Part shown: one piece after another, positions 1 through 14,000 of the stretch
Numbering within the stretch: the first letter of the stretch is position 1
How the letters are laid out: each line of letters opens with the position of its first letter
Source of the DNA: Trichoplax adhaerens
Taxonomy: Eukaryota; Animalia; Placozoa
DNA: 64,000 bases
Reading direction: 5' to 3'
NCBI RefSeq assembly: GCF_000150275.1
Contig: NW_002060970.1
Span: forward strand, 208,197-272,196
The notes under the pieces: model-generated
The model's database searches: none
What the model saw: the letters and a program-made list of their open reading frames with translations, nothing else
Told to the model about the DNA's origin: nothing
Program-made: the position numbers and the translations under genes

Positions 1-323
1 TTTGTTTGCTATCGTCTATGACGTAGGACATGAAATGATATATTAATAATTAATAAATCTGTTGTATCAAATTTACGCTGTTGTCAAGTTGTGTAAATTT
101 AAATTTAATTTACTAAGCTGATGCAAGGAATAAACTTCCTAGAATGTCATTTAAAAAATAGTTTGTTACACAAATTTTCTCACGCAACTAAACTTTACAT
201 ACAGTCACATATTTTTATCAATATGTAGTAGCATATGGCAACACGATATTAATATTATGCATTAGATGACTGCATACAAAGTTTATTAATAAAGCGGTTG
301 TTAATAGCTACTTTATATAGTTC

Positions 324-809
324 TGTGATGTTTACGAAGGTTGAAAGTTGGCATTAGTCGCAATAAAATACATCAGAATAGTTCAGGGAACGGTAACCTT
401 TATTGAGCTAGTGTAAGAGAATAATCTTGTAAGATTATCGTGCAGGTTACGATGTGGCTAGTCGAATAACTATAGTAGTGTAGAATAGGTAAAGCGTGCA
501 AGCTTACCGTGTTACTACCAGAACTAACTAACGAGATAGGCGAAAGAAGATAGCTTTTATAATGTTAGGAGCAAAGCATGAGGAAATTACTTATAGGCGC
601 AAATGATTCATGAAAATAGGTTACTTCTATGTTAAGCTAGTGCTACGGTATAAGTTGGCTAGAGTACAAGATATTACACGGAGTCAATTGTTAAATATAG
701 ATCATACATATTTAGATTATGCTACAGCCTTAGAGTTATGCTACAGTCTGGTGAAAACTAACACTTTTACTAAAAATAGACAATACCGTATTTAGAAGTA
801 AACACTACA
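324..809. mobile_element. Solo LTR-like element (486 bp), 5-bp TSD AGTTC
   Basis: Begins TGTGATGTTTAC and ends GTAAACACTACA (TG...CA, 10/12 inverted match). AGTTC flanks both sides (319-323 and 810-814). No credible coding capacity. Confidence 0.7.
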
Positions 810-3412
810 AGTTCAAATATTTTTCCCGAATTATTTCAAACCTGCTTATGACCTTTCTTAGTGGGCAAACATTGTAATCTGATTGGATTTAAAATATTCA
901 GTAGCTAACGAAACCAGTTAATAAATAAATTACCTTGCCAATGTAATATTTATAGCTAATAAGTTAAAATTTTATTTTCTTTCTAATTTTTAATTTTTAG
1001 AAATTATTTGGACATAGTAATGAGCATATAATGTAATTTTCTGCCATTTCATGCAAAATATAAATTTTTGTAACTATTCATCAACACATTAATGTCAAAT
1101 TAACATTTCGGCGTTTTGGCCGAATAGTCGCCTAGCTAAATTCTATAATAATAATTTTTACTTGCAGCGGAACTACTATATCATACTGCATATAGCACAA
1201 TACTAGACTATATGTGTACATGGTGAAGTTTCTAACTCCAGAGTACTCTCTGCTATATGGCACGGTACGCATTTTTGTTACCAATTATTGACTATATTAA
1301 TCTCAATTTTATAAAGAGATGTCCTATTTATTTGCATATCGTCAAGAGATCATCTAAATATAGCTTATAGATACTACCAGTCAATAACATGTTTTAAAAT
1401 AATATCTACCTATATAATAATTATTTATACGCGAATGTTAATACTGTAAAAAATATGCAAAATATTAATACTATTTCTAAAATATATCTATGCCATATTT
1501 ATTAGCTTTCGAATCTGTTGTAAATTAGATTTATAATTTTTTTGGAAGGATTTTCTTATGTCTAATGTGCCGCTACAATTTTAACTAGTTTGGCCTAAAA
1601 GCAACATCAAATTATATGAAATGCGAATAAATTTTTGAAATTAATCCTGCTGAAATCAACTCAAAAAATTTTTAATTTATTTAATGAAAAAACAAATAAG
1701 ACAATACTATAAAAGTTCAAACTGATTTAGCGCATGTTCTAGAAGAAATTCCGACTAATACATCTTACCAAATTCAATACCGTTACTATCTTCACAATCT
1801 AACTCTTTATAACTACTCTACTATTTTAACCATAAAAGTTGTTATTTTAATTAAAGCAATTTCTGATAGAATTTCTTGAAATGTCTGCATTTAAAAGTTT
1901 CTATATAAGTACACAGCTTTCCACGCATACGTAGAAACAAAGTTCTGCAACATTTGACTGAAAATATTCTTACTAATAGAGAATTCTCATCCTTGGTCAG
2001 ATTTAAATTTTTATTGGAACCGAACGTGTACGAAACAGTACAGTATATAATAACAGATTTTACTGAATTAACTAGAAGTTATCGGATAAGTCATTACCAA
2101 TACTGTACATAATGAGATATATCAAAATTTACAATCATGTTAAGGAGATAAAATTATTAGATTATTTTAGAATCAATTTGGCTATATTACAATAGTTATT
2201 TACGTATTTAAGAAATGATCACATAAACACACACAATAATTGAAAAGCCAAATCTTTTTATTGATCATCAAATAATCTTTTACTTTAACTTTTATAATTT
2301 GTAAGAAATTTGCCTATCATGTAATATTGCCTCTAATCGCATTTCTCCGATACAAATTACACAATTCATACGTCTGTAAGATTATTTCTTTCAGTGAACA
2401 AGAAAAATATGTAACAGCACACACAAAAGTTCATTATTATTTTTAAACATTTTACTATCCGTATCATAGCATTCTAAAAGAATATCGATTCAATAACTTA
2501 ATCGTAATTTATTTTGAGTTATACTGTGCTACTTTATCTGCTAACGCTGTGTATATATATCGTAATACAACTAACTCCGGTATATTTAGTTCATATCATT
2601 TATCTTAAATTTCCATGTAAGTGCTATTACAGCCGTCTAATCACAATTGCATACTCGCACTTCGTTTCATGAGGACTACATTTGCAATAATAAAACTTAA
2701 GCAATAGCAATTCTAATAGATTTCTCGAATTGGTAAATAGTATAGATTGCTTGAATTCCCTTTCCGCACAATAATGCAAAGAAACTCATAATGCTGTGTT
2801 CTATATACGTATGTCTTAACGTAACGTTCCAGTATTGATTAGGAATCAATGAAGAAAAACAACCAAATCTAAAAGAGTATTACTTTAGTCATCACAGGTA
2901 ACAATTTTATAAAGATATTCATACAGAACTGGATACGATTTTCTCCATGAATATCTTTACATCTCATTACAGCTTTTACTTTAAATTTAAATAAGTAGTT
3001 GCAATATCAAAATTGTATCATTCTTACAATAAATAGTATACATATTTCATCAATTAGTCAACAGTATGCATAGATGCTTTCATAATATAACTTGTAACTG
3101 GAAAAATGAATTCTGGTTCATAAGTTTTATACTGTCTTTTCGCTTTGAATTATAAATTTACGACTTTAATATTGATCATGAACAAATTGTGAGATAGAAT
3201 CAACCCCTAATTGAATTAATAGCTCTAACTAGGTTATACATCATTTTAGAAATTTAGTAACCACTGTTAATTATTAACTCTATTTTGTTCGCAATAGGTT
3301 TAATCACCATGTTGGAACTATAAGTCTTAACTGACTATATGACCGGAACAATCTTTATTGTAACACTAACCATTTTAGATATCGTATTGTCACAAAACAG
3401 CTTTGCAACAAG

Positions 3413-3829
3413 TGTAAGACAGTGTAATATTGTATTCTAAGTTGATGATATATTTAGTAATGTCTACCGTAGGTGTTGTGTTCAACATGTGATAGATATA
3501 CTCGTTAGAAGCTTAAGTATTAAATATAGCTAGCTTAGAAGCTGTAATCCTTTTGAAGAGGAGCGCTACAGTGCTCACACTAGAGCTTCACATGAAAGGT
3601 GTAAACTAGCCTGTATTTGAGATGCTAATACTGAAGTGTGTAGTAAGTAAGGTCCTAAGACTGTAAACGCGGAAAGGTATATAAGCGAGTAGTTTAGTAT
3701 AGTAAGTTAGTTCTTTCTCGTTAGAGGTCCTCAGCTAATTGATTACGTTGTATCTTCGTAAAGGAGGTTTTGTTCAATAAATCTTAATTTACTAAAGTTT
3801 TTGAAGATTCTTGATCTATCAACCTCACA
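3413..3829 (+). mobile_element. Nested solo LTR-like element (417 bp), 5-bp TSD ACAAG
   Basis: TGTAAG...CTCACA termini. ACAAG at 3408-3412 and 3830-3834. Internal TATATAA (~3678) is followed by AATAAA (~3776), the usual LTR order. Confidence 0.75.
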
Positions 3830-4307
3830 ACAAGATAACGTAATATACGATCAATAAGTCAATTCCTTGAACCACGTATCAAGGAACGATATCTGCACTA
3901 TCACAAACACTTTTGCTCTACTAGCAGACTACACAGAGACTTAAACGCCTCGTATTTTACGTTAAACACTAAGTTTGAGAAACCACTTTATTACACGATA
4001 TACTGCATTTATATACTATTCCTTAATAGTTCATGAGTCATAGTTAATACAATTAACATTAGATTCAGTTACTGAATTAGATATTAATTTTAGCTACTGC
4101 TCCCTTAATGCAGACAACAGTATTTACGAACATAGACATGTGATTACTAATACAGAATAGTCAGATTACGATATGTCCTATCACGGAACATTTCTACGAT
4201 AATTTACAATCTACCATAAGTAAATTACAATCACAATGATTGGAACTGTAAGTAGATGATTTGCATTCCCTATTATAACTATTAATTTCAGTATGTGTAT
4301 AAGTGTC

Positions 4308-4750
4308 TCTCACAAACCAGCTTCGTGACAAGGATAACGTAAAACAAATATCTAAATTACTATAGTCTTCCGGAATTCAGTATCCCTTACCTACCTCGCA
4401 AGAATTTAGACGCCTTTGATTCTACGTTAAACTCAACTAGACAATTGAGAACTCCTTTATTCAACTATCTGACGGGCTTATATACCCTTCTACAGCTGCT
4501 AACATTCACAAGTCATCTTATAAAAATACTTAGGTGAGAACATCTACTAACTAGTTTTTCACAGTCGGACTACAATATGTCCATTCACAGAATCATTTCA
4601 GTACACATTACAGCACAGCATTAAATTTACTGTAACACATTTATAATTAGAGTAATTCTTATTGTAAGGAACTAGATGTAATATATTATCACTATATTAT
4701 ATTAACCAAATTTAGATAGCTATTTCTTCACGGTAGTTCGTACCGTGACA
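4308..4750 (-). mobile_element. Nested solo LTR-like element (443 bp), 5-bp TSD GTGTC
   Basis: TCTCAC...GTGACA termini. GTGTC at 4303-4307 and 4751-4755. Reverse-complement relative of 5157-5726. Minus-strand TATATAA and AATAAA at ~4478-4484 and ~4456-4461. Confidence 0.8.
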
Positions 4751-5156
4751 GTGTCACTGTCATAAAAAGCCAGTGCTATATTAAAACACAGTATATCCAA
4801 ATTAGAAGTTAACTAAATAAGGATAGGCTAACAGAATTATCCTAACATAGATATTTCTACTCTAATACAGTACATAATACTGTCACACGCATACTTTAAA
4901 ATTTCTTTACTCAGAAATTATTAATAAGAAGACTTTTCTTTTATATAGATTAACATCAATTCCGTAAACAACATGATACACCTATCCGAGCAATATTTAA
5001 GTAACTAATTGGACAATAAATTATGTTTTGAGTCTCTTATCGAATCAATTATTTTCTATGCTGAATCGATATTTTTCGATATTTTTAAGATAAGGAGTAA
5101 TTTTAGTAGAGCGATAATATACGATCAGAAAAAGATTCGATTCGGCAATGTACTTG

Positions 5157-5726
5157 TGTCACGGTACAAACCACTGTGAAGAGTAAATAACTAAATTTAG
5201 TGTTTAACATTTATATGTGGAGATAACTCATAATGACTTATAGTAAGAATTACGGTAGTTATTATTTTGTTGCGGTAAGTTATGTTGCATTGTAATAAGA
5301 GTTCTAATATGGTAACTAATATTAATTGATGATAGCGTTATGTCTTTAACGCTTGTGATGAAATTCCTGAAGATATTCAATTGTAGGTGATACTATAAAT
5401 GATTCTGTGTGTGGACATACTGTAGTCTAATTATTTAGAATCGTTCAGTATACAGTATGTCCAAAATCATGAATAATGTCAGTATTAATTTAGCTATCCA
5501 ATATGAGCTAAATTTCATGAACTGTTATGACTCATACATGATAGCTGCCGAAGGGTATTTAAGCTCGGCAGATAGTTGAATAAAAGAAGAGTTTTATAGT
5601 TGTTTTAATGTAGAAGCAAAGGCGTCTAAATTCTTGTGAGGTAGTTAAGGGATACTAAATCCTAGAGACTATAGTAATTTAGAGATTTGTTTTACGATAT
5701 CTTTGCCACGAAGCTGGTTTGTGACA
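5157..5726 (+). mobile_element. Solo LTR-like element (570 bp), 5-bp TSD ACTTG
   Basis: Perfect TGTCAC...GTGACA termini. ACTTG at 5152-5156 and 5727-5731. TATTTAA (~5556) precedes AATAAA (~5579). The 3' ~120 bp is highly similar to the reverse complement of 4308-4430. Confidence 0.82.
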
Positions 5727-8026
5727 ACTTGTACGAATCATTATATAATAAAGTACTATTTCTAGCCCTACTCTGAATTCGTCTCACAGTATAACGGTTA
5801 AAAGCAGCTTTTAACTAAAAATTATTGTTGAATATTACAGTAGTAAACTTAGGCTTTATAAGTCCATAGGTTTATTTATGCATTCCTATAATTAATAATC
5901 TCTCATAACGAGAGATCTCTAGCCTTGCATGATTGTCATATCTCACTCTAAGCCCATTATACTCTAATTACAGAGATATGCTGATATCGTCTACTGAGAC
6001 GTCTTGCATTCTGACTTAAGGTTACAGCTATCGCCTCCAAAATTATCCGCAAGCTGCATACGACCATCTTAACACCTAAATGAAATCCTTAGCACCACTG
6101 GCCTACGCGGGTCTAGCCCTGTCATCTTACATATAATGGCCAGGGATCTGACATGGAGCCTATTTTCTACACACAAATATTTATATTCGTATATATTTTA
6201 TAATTCATAAGGATATACACAGGCGAATATTCTATTGTACTAATCATTAATGATTTCTATATCTAATGTAACTGATGATTACTTTATTTAATATTAGAGC
6301 AATTGCAATACATTTTAATAGCTACTGTATTTATAAGTTCAGTTACTACTTATCGTTAATTACGGTAACTAATTAATGAATTACCGTAAGATGATATTAA
6401 CTTAATTTTACATGTTACTTTCTGCCTCATTTATTAATCTTGCAGGCCGATCTTGGTTACATACGATTAGATTGATGACTTATCTAATTTTCTAACGTAA
6501 GCTTTGATTTCTTATTAATTTGTTCGTTTGTTTAAAATGAAAATTATTTCAAAACTAAATTTAAGAGTTAACCTTTATCTCAGATTGGCTCTTTACTCTA
6601 ATGTAGCCTCACTAAATAAATAATTTCAATATGATATTATATGTGTAGACTGAAAATTTGTCAACTTGTATTAAGAATATTATATTGGAATCGCTTTTGA
6701 GATCTGCTTTTAAGTCTGCTAATCATCAACCCTTCGTGCATCAAACTAATTGTACGTACTGAAAAAAACCAAAAGCTTTCTTCCCTTTGTTACTTAAATT
6801 AATCTCAATGGTCTTAGGAGAGCCATTCTTAGAATTTTTAAGTTAAAAATACCTTTAAACTTTATTTCTACTGTTATAATAACTTGACTGGATTTCGTAC
6901 TTGGACGGTAATAACCACTCTCATAAATGCTGCTTAGTTTCAAAATAAAGTTTCCTGAGATTCGTAACACTATTGAACATATTTCTATTAGTAATGGTTC
7001 AAAGTTAATTCTTGATTATAATTAAGGTACGATATAGTCAAGACCGACTATATTATTCACCTAAGGTTGCTTCCCTTTACAGTATTTATTCCTTTCATTT
7101 GGACTATTTACACAGTAAATTGATCCTTATTTGATTATCGAAATATTTATTTCAATACTTTAGCATCAAAATTCTAAAGAAAAATACACTTACATTAATT
7201 TTAATAGCATCCTTTATTGTAAATGTACGCAAGTCTCTCATACTTAATTGTTAGATTGATCTTAACACGTGTTTTTAATTTTAAACTTTTTTTTAATTAT
7301 ATCATGATCCTCGGTGACGCTGCATTTATATTTATTTTAATTTATCATAGGACCGTCGATGATATAATAGTAATCTCCCACAAATTAGCACGCGTACAAT
7401 TTACGATTACTTTGTAGATCAGTAATTAAAATGGCATATCTTAATATAACACGCTGATTAAAAATTTGTAGTAGATGGTAATTACCACAGTGAATTATCA
7501 ATAGCCTTAAATATTCAATCAGCTATTACTATTAATAATGAAAACTTCTGTCTTTTCTACTATGCAAAGGTCGTCTACATATAAAACCTTTTTAGTCTGT
7601 GGAATTTTTGAATTGTTAATATTTGATTTATAATCTTTATGAACTAATATTCTCATCTTATTATTTACTGTACATTACTAACGCCTAAATATTTATATTT
7701 GTTTCTTATTTCCTTAAGTTGATTTTCAACGAGCTTGTAGCAAAATTATTACTAAAACTGTAATGTAAATTATTAATGATTTTTAGACTCTTGTACATTA
7801 CAAAGTCTTTACTAGCAAGGCCAATTAGGGGAATACATCGTTGTTTACGGTAGCATATGCGATTATTATAAAGTTAACCTACACTGCAAGCAATTAATGC
7901 TTTTCCATTAAGATATCTAAATTAAAGCAAGTGATTACGATACCATTTCTGGGTTTGAAGTTCCATTGAATCATTTTTATAATAACTTAATGCCCAAATG
8001 TATAAATTCGTCAACTTCAGCTTGTT

Positions 8027-11000
8027 TTATGATTTCTCTTGGGATTGCATGATATACATCAAATAATCTTCACTAAGATCATCCGGAATATCAAATGTGT
8101 GCTATATGAATACGATTATGGGATTAAGTTAAAACCAATTTTTTTTCCGTAAAGCTGTTTTAGAAAGTACATTGCGTTCCTTAAGAGTATCAGAGATTCA
8201 TCAACAAATTATGACTTTACTACATTTCAATAACACTAATATTAATCAGTGATTAATATTTAATAACGTATTGATATGCAGACCCACTTTAAACAGTAAA
8301 GTACAGAGTAGGCCTAAATTAAATATTAATTTCGTTAAAAAATCAGATAATCTCCCGATTTAGCCGTACCTTACTATCAAATCTTTGAACGTTTTGTATG
8401 GTATAGTAACCTGTGACAGTGGTATTTCAATCAGTCATTCTTGTTATAAATGAATATAGGTAAGAATTTCATGTTCAAGCACAATTAAATCTATATTCTG
8501 TTACCATCTGTGGTGACGTCGCTGGTACTTTTACTTGTACTTGACTTTCTCACTTTTTTAATCTTTGACGATCTGTTGCTTGAGAGGCGGGATCGATATT
8601 CCGAATTGTTCTAGTAGACAAAATATATTTTAATACCAATATAGAATTATTCAATAGTCCTATCATAACTGAAAATTAAACTATAATAGTGACTGGGGAA
8701 GACTAAATATAAATAGTATTCACTTAAGAATTAAGATAGTCGATCTTAAATATGCTCCATATAGCCTTTTCGAATCGCGTTTTTACTATTTCATTATCAT
8801 ACAGTCGTTAGAGGATATCCACAACTACGTAACATAGCCTATAATAAAGACATAGCACGATACCTTCATGCCAAAACGCATACTAGACATTATATTTTTC
8901 TTCTTTATCATTGCCTGAAAAGCAGCTTTGACCTATGATTACATAATTTAATAAATTTTTAGTTATACAAGAATTAAGGTTATTTTAAATATTATTAGTA
9001 ATGGTTTTCAAGAGATACACCAATTTATTTTGTAAAAGCTGCTACGCTTGTATTAGTGTCACATTTAGAGGATAAAGTAGTAAAGAACTATTAAGCTTAC
9101 CTCAGAATTTAGCAAGCAATGGAATATGAAAATGAAGACGCCCTTTATAAGAAAGTAAACAGTATAGCAAATAATTAAACTTCTAGTCTATAACAAAAAT
9201 AGCGACTGCTGAAGCATGCGTTATCATCTCCTAAACTTAAAAGAATAATTACTATGATTAGAAATTTGGGTTACTGTCCTATAACAATACATTAAATTTT
9301 TCATTATAAACTGCTACATAGTTGCTATCTATTTAAGTAAATAAATGCTTCGTCGGGTCGATAAAACGAAAATCGTAACGTCAGATTAACCATTATCATT
9401 TATGAACAGTAATATAAATCTATCACTAGAGATCAAGGCTATTCCCAATCTTGTACTTGAGAAACCTAGTAAACTTTATGCTATTTATATTAATTTTTTA
9501 TAATTTTTAATATTAGATGTATACCATAATTATACCGAGCCAGCTAGACTAGATTTGTAGATAATAAATATAAAATTAAAATATAACGTTTTAGCCATTA
9601 TAAAAATTTTAAATCACCCTATTCAGATGTACATTTTGTATCACGACTAATATTCGATTTAATATATCAGCGAATGCCAACACATGATAACGTGATCTAT
9701 CGTATTATCTCTACCATCTAAAGAATTTTTCATGTATCAATTCATGCTATTATCACTCAAATATTACTCGAATATGTCAAAAATTATCATTTATAGTAAT
9801 TCATTATAACGAGCTTCGCTAGTTGCAACGTTCGTAATAATTGCAGGTAGAATGTTCCTGCTAGACTTGATAATTATAGCTCTGCGACATCGTTCACAGA
9901 GCTAACGAATAGTATAAACTAAAATTTGTAACTAAGAGTATTTCATAAATTCAACACCTGGAAGGAATTCAGGAAGACAAATAAGTAAGAAAACGCAATT
10001 GTTTCCGGCGTATAAGGAATTAGGCCAAATATCCAAGTAACACCAAGAATAGGAAACAAAATAGCCGTAGCTTTGACAATTGATCTGCACGAAAATTATA
10101 GGGTAGAAATAAATAAGTCGAATATTGTGCTATCCATAAAAGTTATGGCGATATGGATAGCAAATTTTTAGCATACATAAATAACGAATTGAATATGATA
10201 AAGTGTTGAATATAAACATACTTAGCCTTAACGAATCTATTAGAATTAATCTTTTCACCAGCTACTGTTGTCGTCGATTTTACTGTTATTCTGATCACCA
10301 GTACCATTATCAAAATGTTAATCTAATAACACAAACAGTGGTATGCTTAAAGCTTATATCAAATTTTTTCTTGTTTTCCCATCTAGCATCTTACTATAAA
10401 AATGATAATGATGGGAGCAATAAAAGACCAGATCATGCCAAAATTATAGGATAGCCAGCAACTAAAAGATCAATATAAATGAAAGAGAAAGAAGGAGTTC
10501 ACAAATTTTATATATTAATAGATCATCTACAAGCTAAGCAATACTATGTGATCAAATATCTCACAGTTCATTAGAACCATAGTCCATGAATCGAACGATA
10601 GCTGTGATACTAACAACAATAATAGGACAGCCTATGAAATCAAGAACACAAACAAAAAAATTAACGCTCAGCTATATTATTTGTAACTAACATCTGCGGA
10701 AGATAATTTTAACAAAATCAAACTGAAGAAGCCGCTAGTACGAAGATAAAAACTGTATATATAACATTGTATACCCCATCCGATGCCAAAGTAAATTTTT
10801 AGCTTGCTCTTGTGATTGAAAACGGTCACGATAAGAAAGTATAAATGGATCGCCTCCACCAACATCCATGAAAACGTTGCCAAATAAAAGATGTGAAGGA
10901 GGATGCTACTAATTTTACAAGCAATCTATAAAGTATTCAGAAAGGCATATGAGATCAATTCGGCTTGTAACCGTCAAGAATGAACAAATTGCGCACGACG

Positions 11001-14000
11001 ACTTTGACTTACGACATTTCCTGTAGCATTCATAGCGCCAAGCAGTGTAGATTGCGCAAGAAATAAAGCTATTAGAAGATTTTTGTGGACGATAAATCTT
11101 TCCGAATTAAGGCTAGAAGTGTTACAGAGAGAGGAATTAACTTCTTTAATAGAACATTTTTAATAATTAGTAGTATAGGTTATTTCGTTTTCAGCTAATT
11201 TTACGCTCATCCTTACTTCAAAACACCATAAATTATCATAGTAATGATAATACAAAGCAGAGAACATCCAGTTCCAATATATGTAACCACATCTAATGCA
11301 TTCAAATGAGCTTTCGACTTATTGTATACATCTTCTGTTTGCTATTACAACATAGAATGACGCACGTTGTAAATTAAAACATCTACTTCATCAAATTACA
11401 TAAGCAACGCTGCATTTAGTAATATGTATAATTCTAGTCACTTGAATTGGTTGAGCCATTAATGCAAAATGTGTTAAGTGGTTGCATTGACAAATTGTGT
11501 AGGAACTACCATCTTCGATCTTTTCGCAGCCGTAAGTTGACCAATTGCTAAAGCAATAAAGTGTGCAACGTATTATATAATGCGAACTCGCATTCATGAA
11601 TAAAGAAGTGAAGGTGCAATGTGTATAAGCAGCCTAATAGTAATTATTTGATCGTTAATGTATTTATTATCAGACTATAGTCGTGCTATCTTAGGATTTT
11701 TATACAGAAGTCGTAATGCGCAATAGGTATGCACACCGTTGGCATATCAGTTTTATGACATGATACTACTTTCGAAATTCTACCTGTCAGTAAATTATCT
11801 GACTTGGGAGTTTAATTTGATACCGTTCATAAAGGATTGAATACTTACAGCGCCTCGGTGTCCCAAAAGGAACATTGGACTTCCTCATATTTGTATTTAA
11901 CCTAATGGAGTACATACAAACATTATTGATATTTAATATTCCTTTATATTTTATTATCCAAGAAGGAAAACAATAAGTCATTAAGTAAAGGACTAGGATA
12001 TGTTGTTTGCTAACCATTGTATGAGATAAGTTGAAGATAAATCCTTCGGTTGGTACGAAAAGGGAGGGTGGATTCAGAGAACAAAATAAAAGGGATGAAA
12101 TTGGCTGCAGACTGATATAAAAATTAATGTCAGTGTTCTAGTATCTCTACACAGTACCCATTGTAAATCAAATGAAGGAAACTTTTCTTATTCTAATGTC
12201 AATTTAACGTGCGAGGCAACATTTAATTTTGACAAGAAACTAAACTTAGATCCATTAATGCTTACAATTGCTACCAATAAAAGCACTACGCATGCACATC
12301 ATGAATTTACAAGCAGCAGTAATGTCTACCTTGTATTTTGTAGTGAGCCACCAAATACGCTATCAAAAGACTGTAGTCCAGAAATTACCTCTAGACGATC
12401 AAAGCTTTCTGTAATAAGAAAGATATTTCTTTAAAAATCGACAATCTAAAAAATTTTCTTTCAGTGATTTAACTGACTTAAGAGTACGATAAAAGCGGAA
12501 TTTTCGGTTTGATATACTCTTCATGATGTATATATGATAATTTACAAGCATATATAGAATAGAATTTAGGTGTTGTTGCATTTTCATAATAGTTAAATTG
12601 GCAACACTGGTGCAAATTCATGAGTACTTTCGAAAAAATTACACTTTTTAGAGAATTCATTATTAAATTAGACATAAGCTTGACTAAGTAAAATTATAAA
12701 CTGGCATAACTGTTGTGTAACTATACTTTCAAATGAAATTGAACACTAATGTAATTGTCAATGGTAAGATTCTTACACTTCTGGAAAACAACTTAACGCA
12801 GTCATCTATTTTTAACTAATCCATCTTAAGTTGCACATCCACATTACGGTTTAAGAATAATTTATGTTTATTTTATAAGCGTAAAGAAAGTTCTATGTAG
12901 CATATTGTATAAATGTTAAAATGAGAGCACCACTTACCATTGAATTTATTAGCCAGCCTGGGTAGAAGAAAATATGCCTTGTCATCAATGGTCGAATTAA
13001 AAAATAATTTTTCATATCTGCTGATCATATAATTTCTTCCTTTTCGAATATCTACCGATAATTCTTGTACAATATAGAATAACGGTATTCAGTATAAATA
13101 CCATTATAATTATTTCGCCTTCATTTATAATTTTTAATATTGTTTGAGGTACGTAAAAATACAAGATTGTCATAATCGCGATTAATGATGTACAAGGTTG
13201 ATTATTTTACGTTGCGTCATAATCGACTTCAGTAATTGAATTACTTTCTCATTTTTAATGTTAATGATAAATTGCTTTACCTAAATTATCGTCTTTAATA
13301 TCAACCTTATCGCCAACACCATATGGTCTCGCTATTTCAATTCCCAACGAATCTAGATTTCTGATTAATTCCGTGGCTAAGTCTTTTCTTTGCTTCTAGA
13401 ATTTGTAATTAAATAATATTTCATTGACTTAATGTATAATTTTTAAGATAAAAATGATGATAATGCACAAATCCTTAGTCACTAATCTTAAAAGCTATAG
13501 TAGCCTATAACTTTATTCAATATTTCAGGCCTATAGAAATACTAAGGCAGATTACTTCTTTTATCAGCAGCCAGAAACAGCGTATTGATTAAATATTTCA
13601 ACTAGCAATCTGTATTATAGAGTGCCTGAAATTTCTTCATTTGTATAAACTTCTTATCCAAGATTAAATAACGTAACACGTCTTTCCAAGTAAATTTACT
13701 AATTCTGACTCGAACTTATACTAACAGTAAAATTTTCATTCTCTTTGAATCCGATTATCAATCCAGTTAAGCATTAGCTACGAATCATTTTAATTTTTAA
13801 TCTATGAATTAATATTTGCATACCGTTTCCCTACTTCTGAAATAAACTGGAAGATATCTCAAAACCCTGGTGTACTTCTGCAAAAGTATTGCTTGGTTTA
13901 TCCACATGAATCATATTCATGGAATTACAAAGACGGTATTACAATGAAATGACAAAATTTCTACCTTAAGTAATTCATTCTTGATATTACTATCTAGCGA

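Larger units (their letters stand above)
3388..4887 (-). mobile_element. Older solo LTR-like element (~630 bp net) interrupted by two nested insertions
   Basis: Starts TGTCACAAAACAGC and ends TACTGTCACA, with near-TSD CGTAT (3383-3387) / CGCAT (4888-4892). After removing 3413-3834 the left end aligns with the 4308 element (TGTCACAAAACAGCTTTGCAACAAGATAACGTAA vs TCTCACAAACCAGCTTCGTGACAAGGATAACGTAA). Internal blocks at 3940-4015 and 4160-4195 also resemble 4405-4485 and 4563-4598. Confidence 0.6.

Noticed and set aside
224-809. Alternative left boundary (TGTAGT at 224) for the first LTR-like element
   Set aside because: The flank CAATA does not match the right flank AGTTC. The 324 boundary gives a perfect TSD and a longer inverted match.
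5934-6153. 220-bp TGTCATATCTC...GGGATCTGACA segment resembling a sixth solo LTR
   Set aside because: The termini match 9/11 but the flanks (ATGAT vs TGGAG) give no TSD, and no second copy is in the window.
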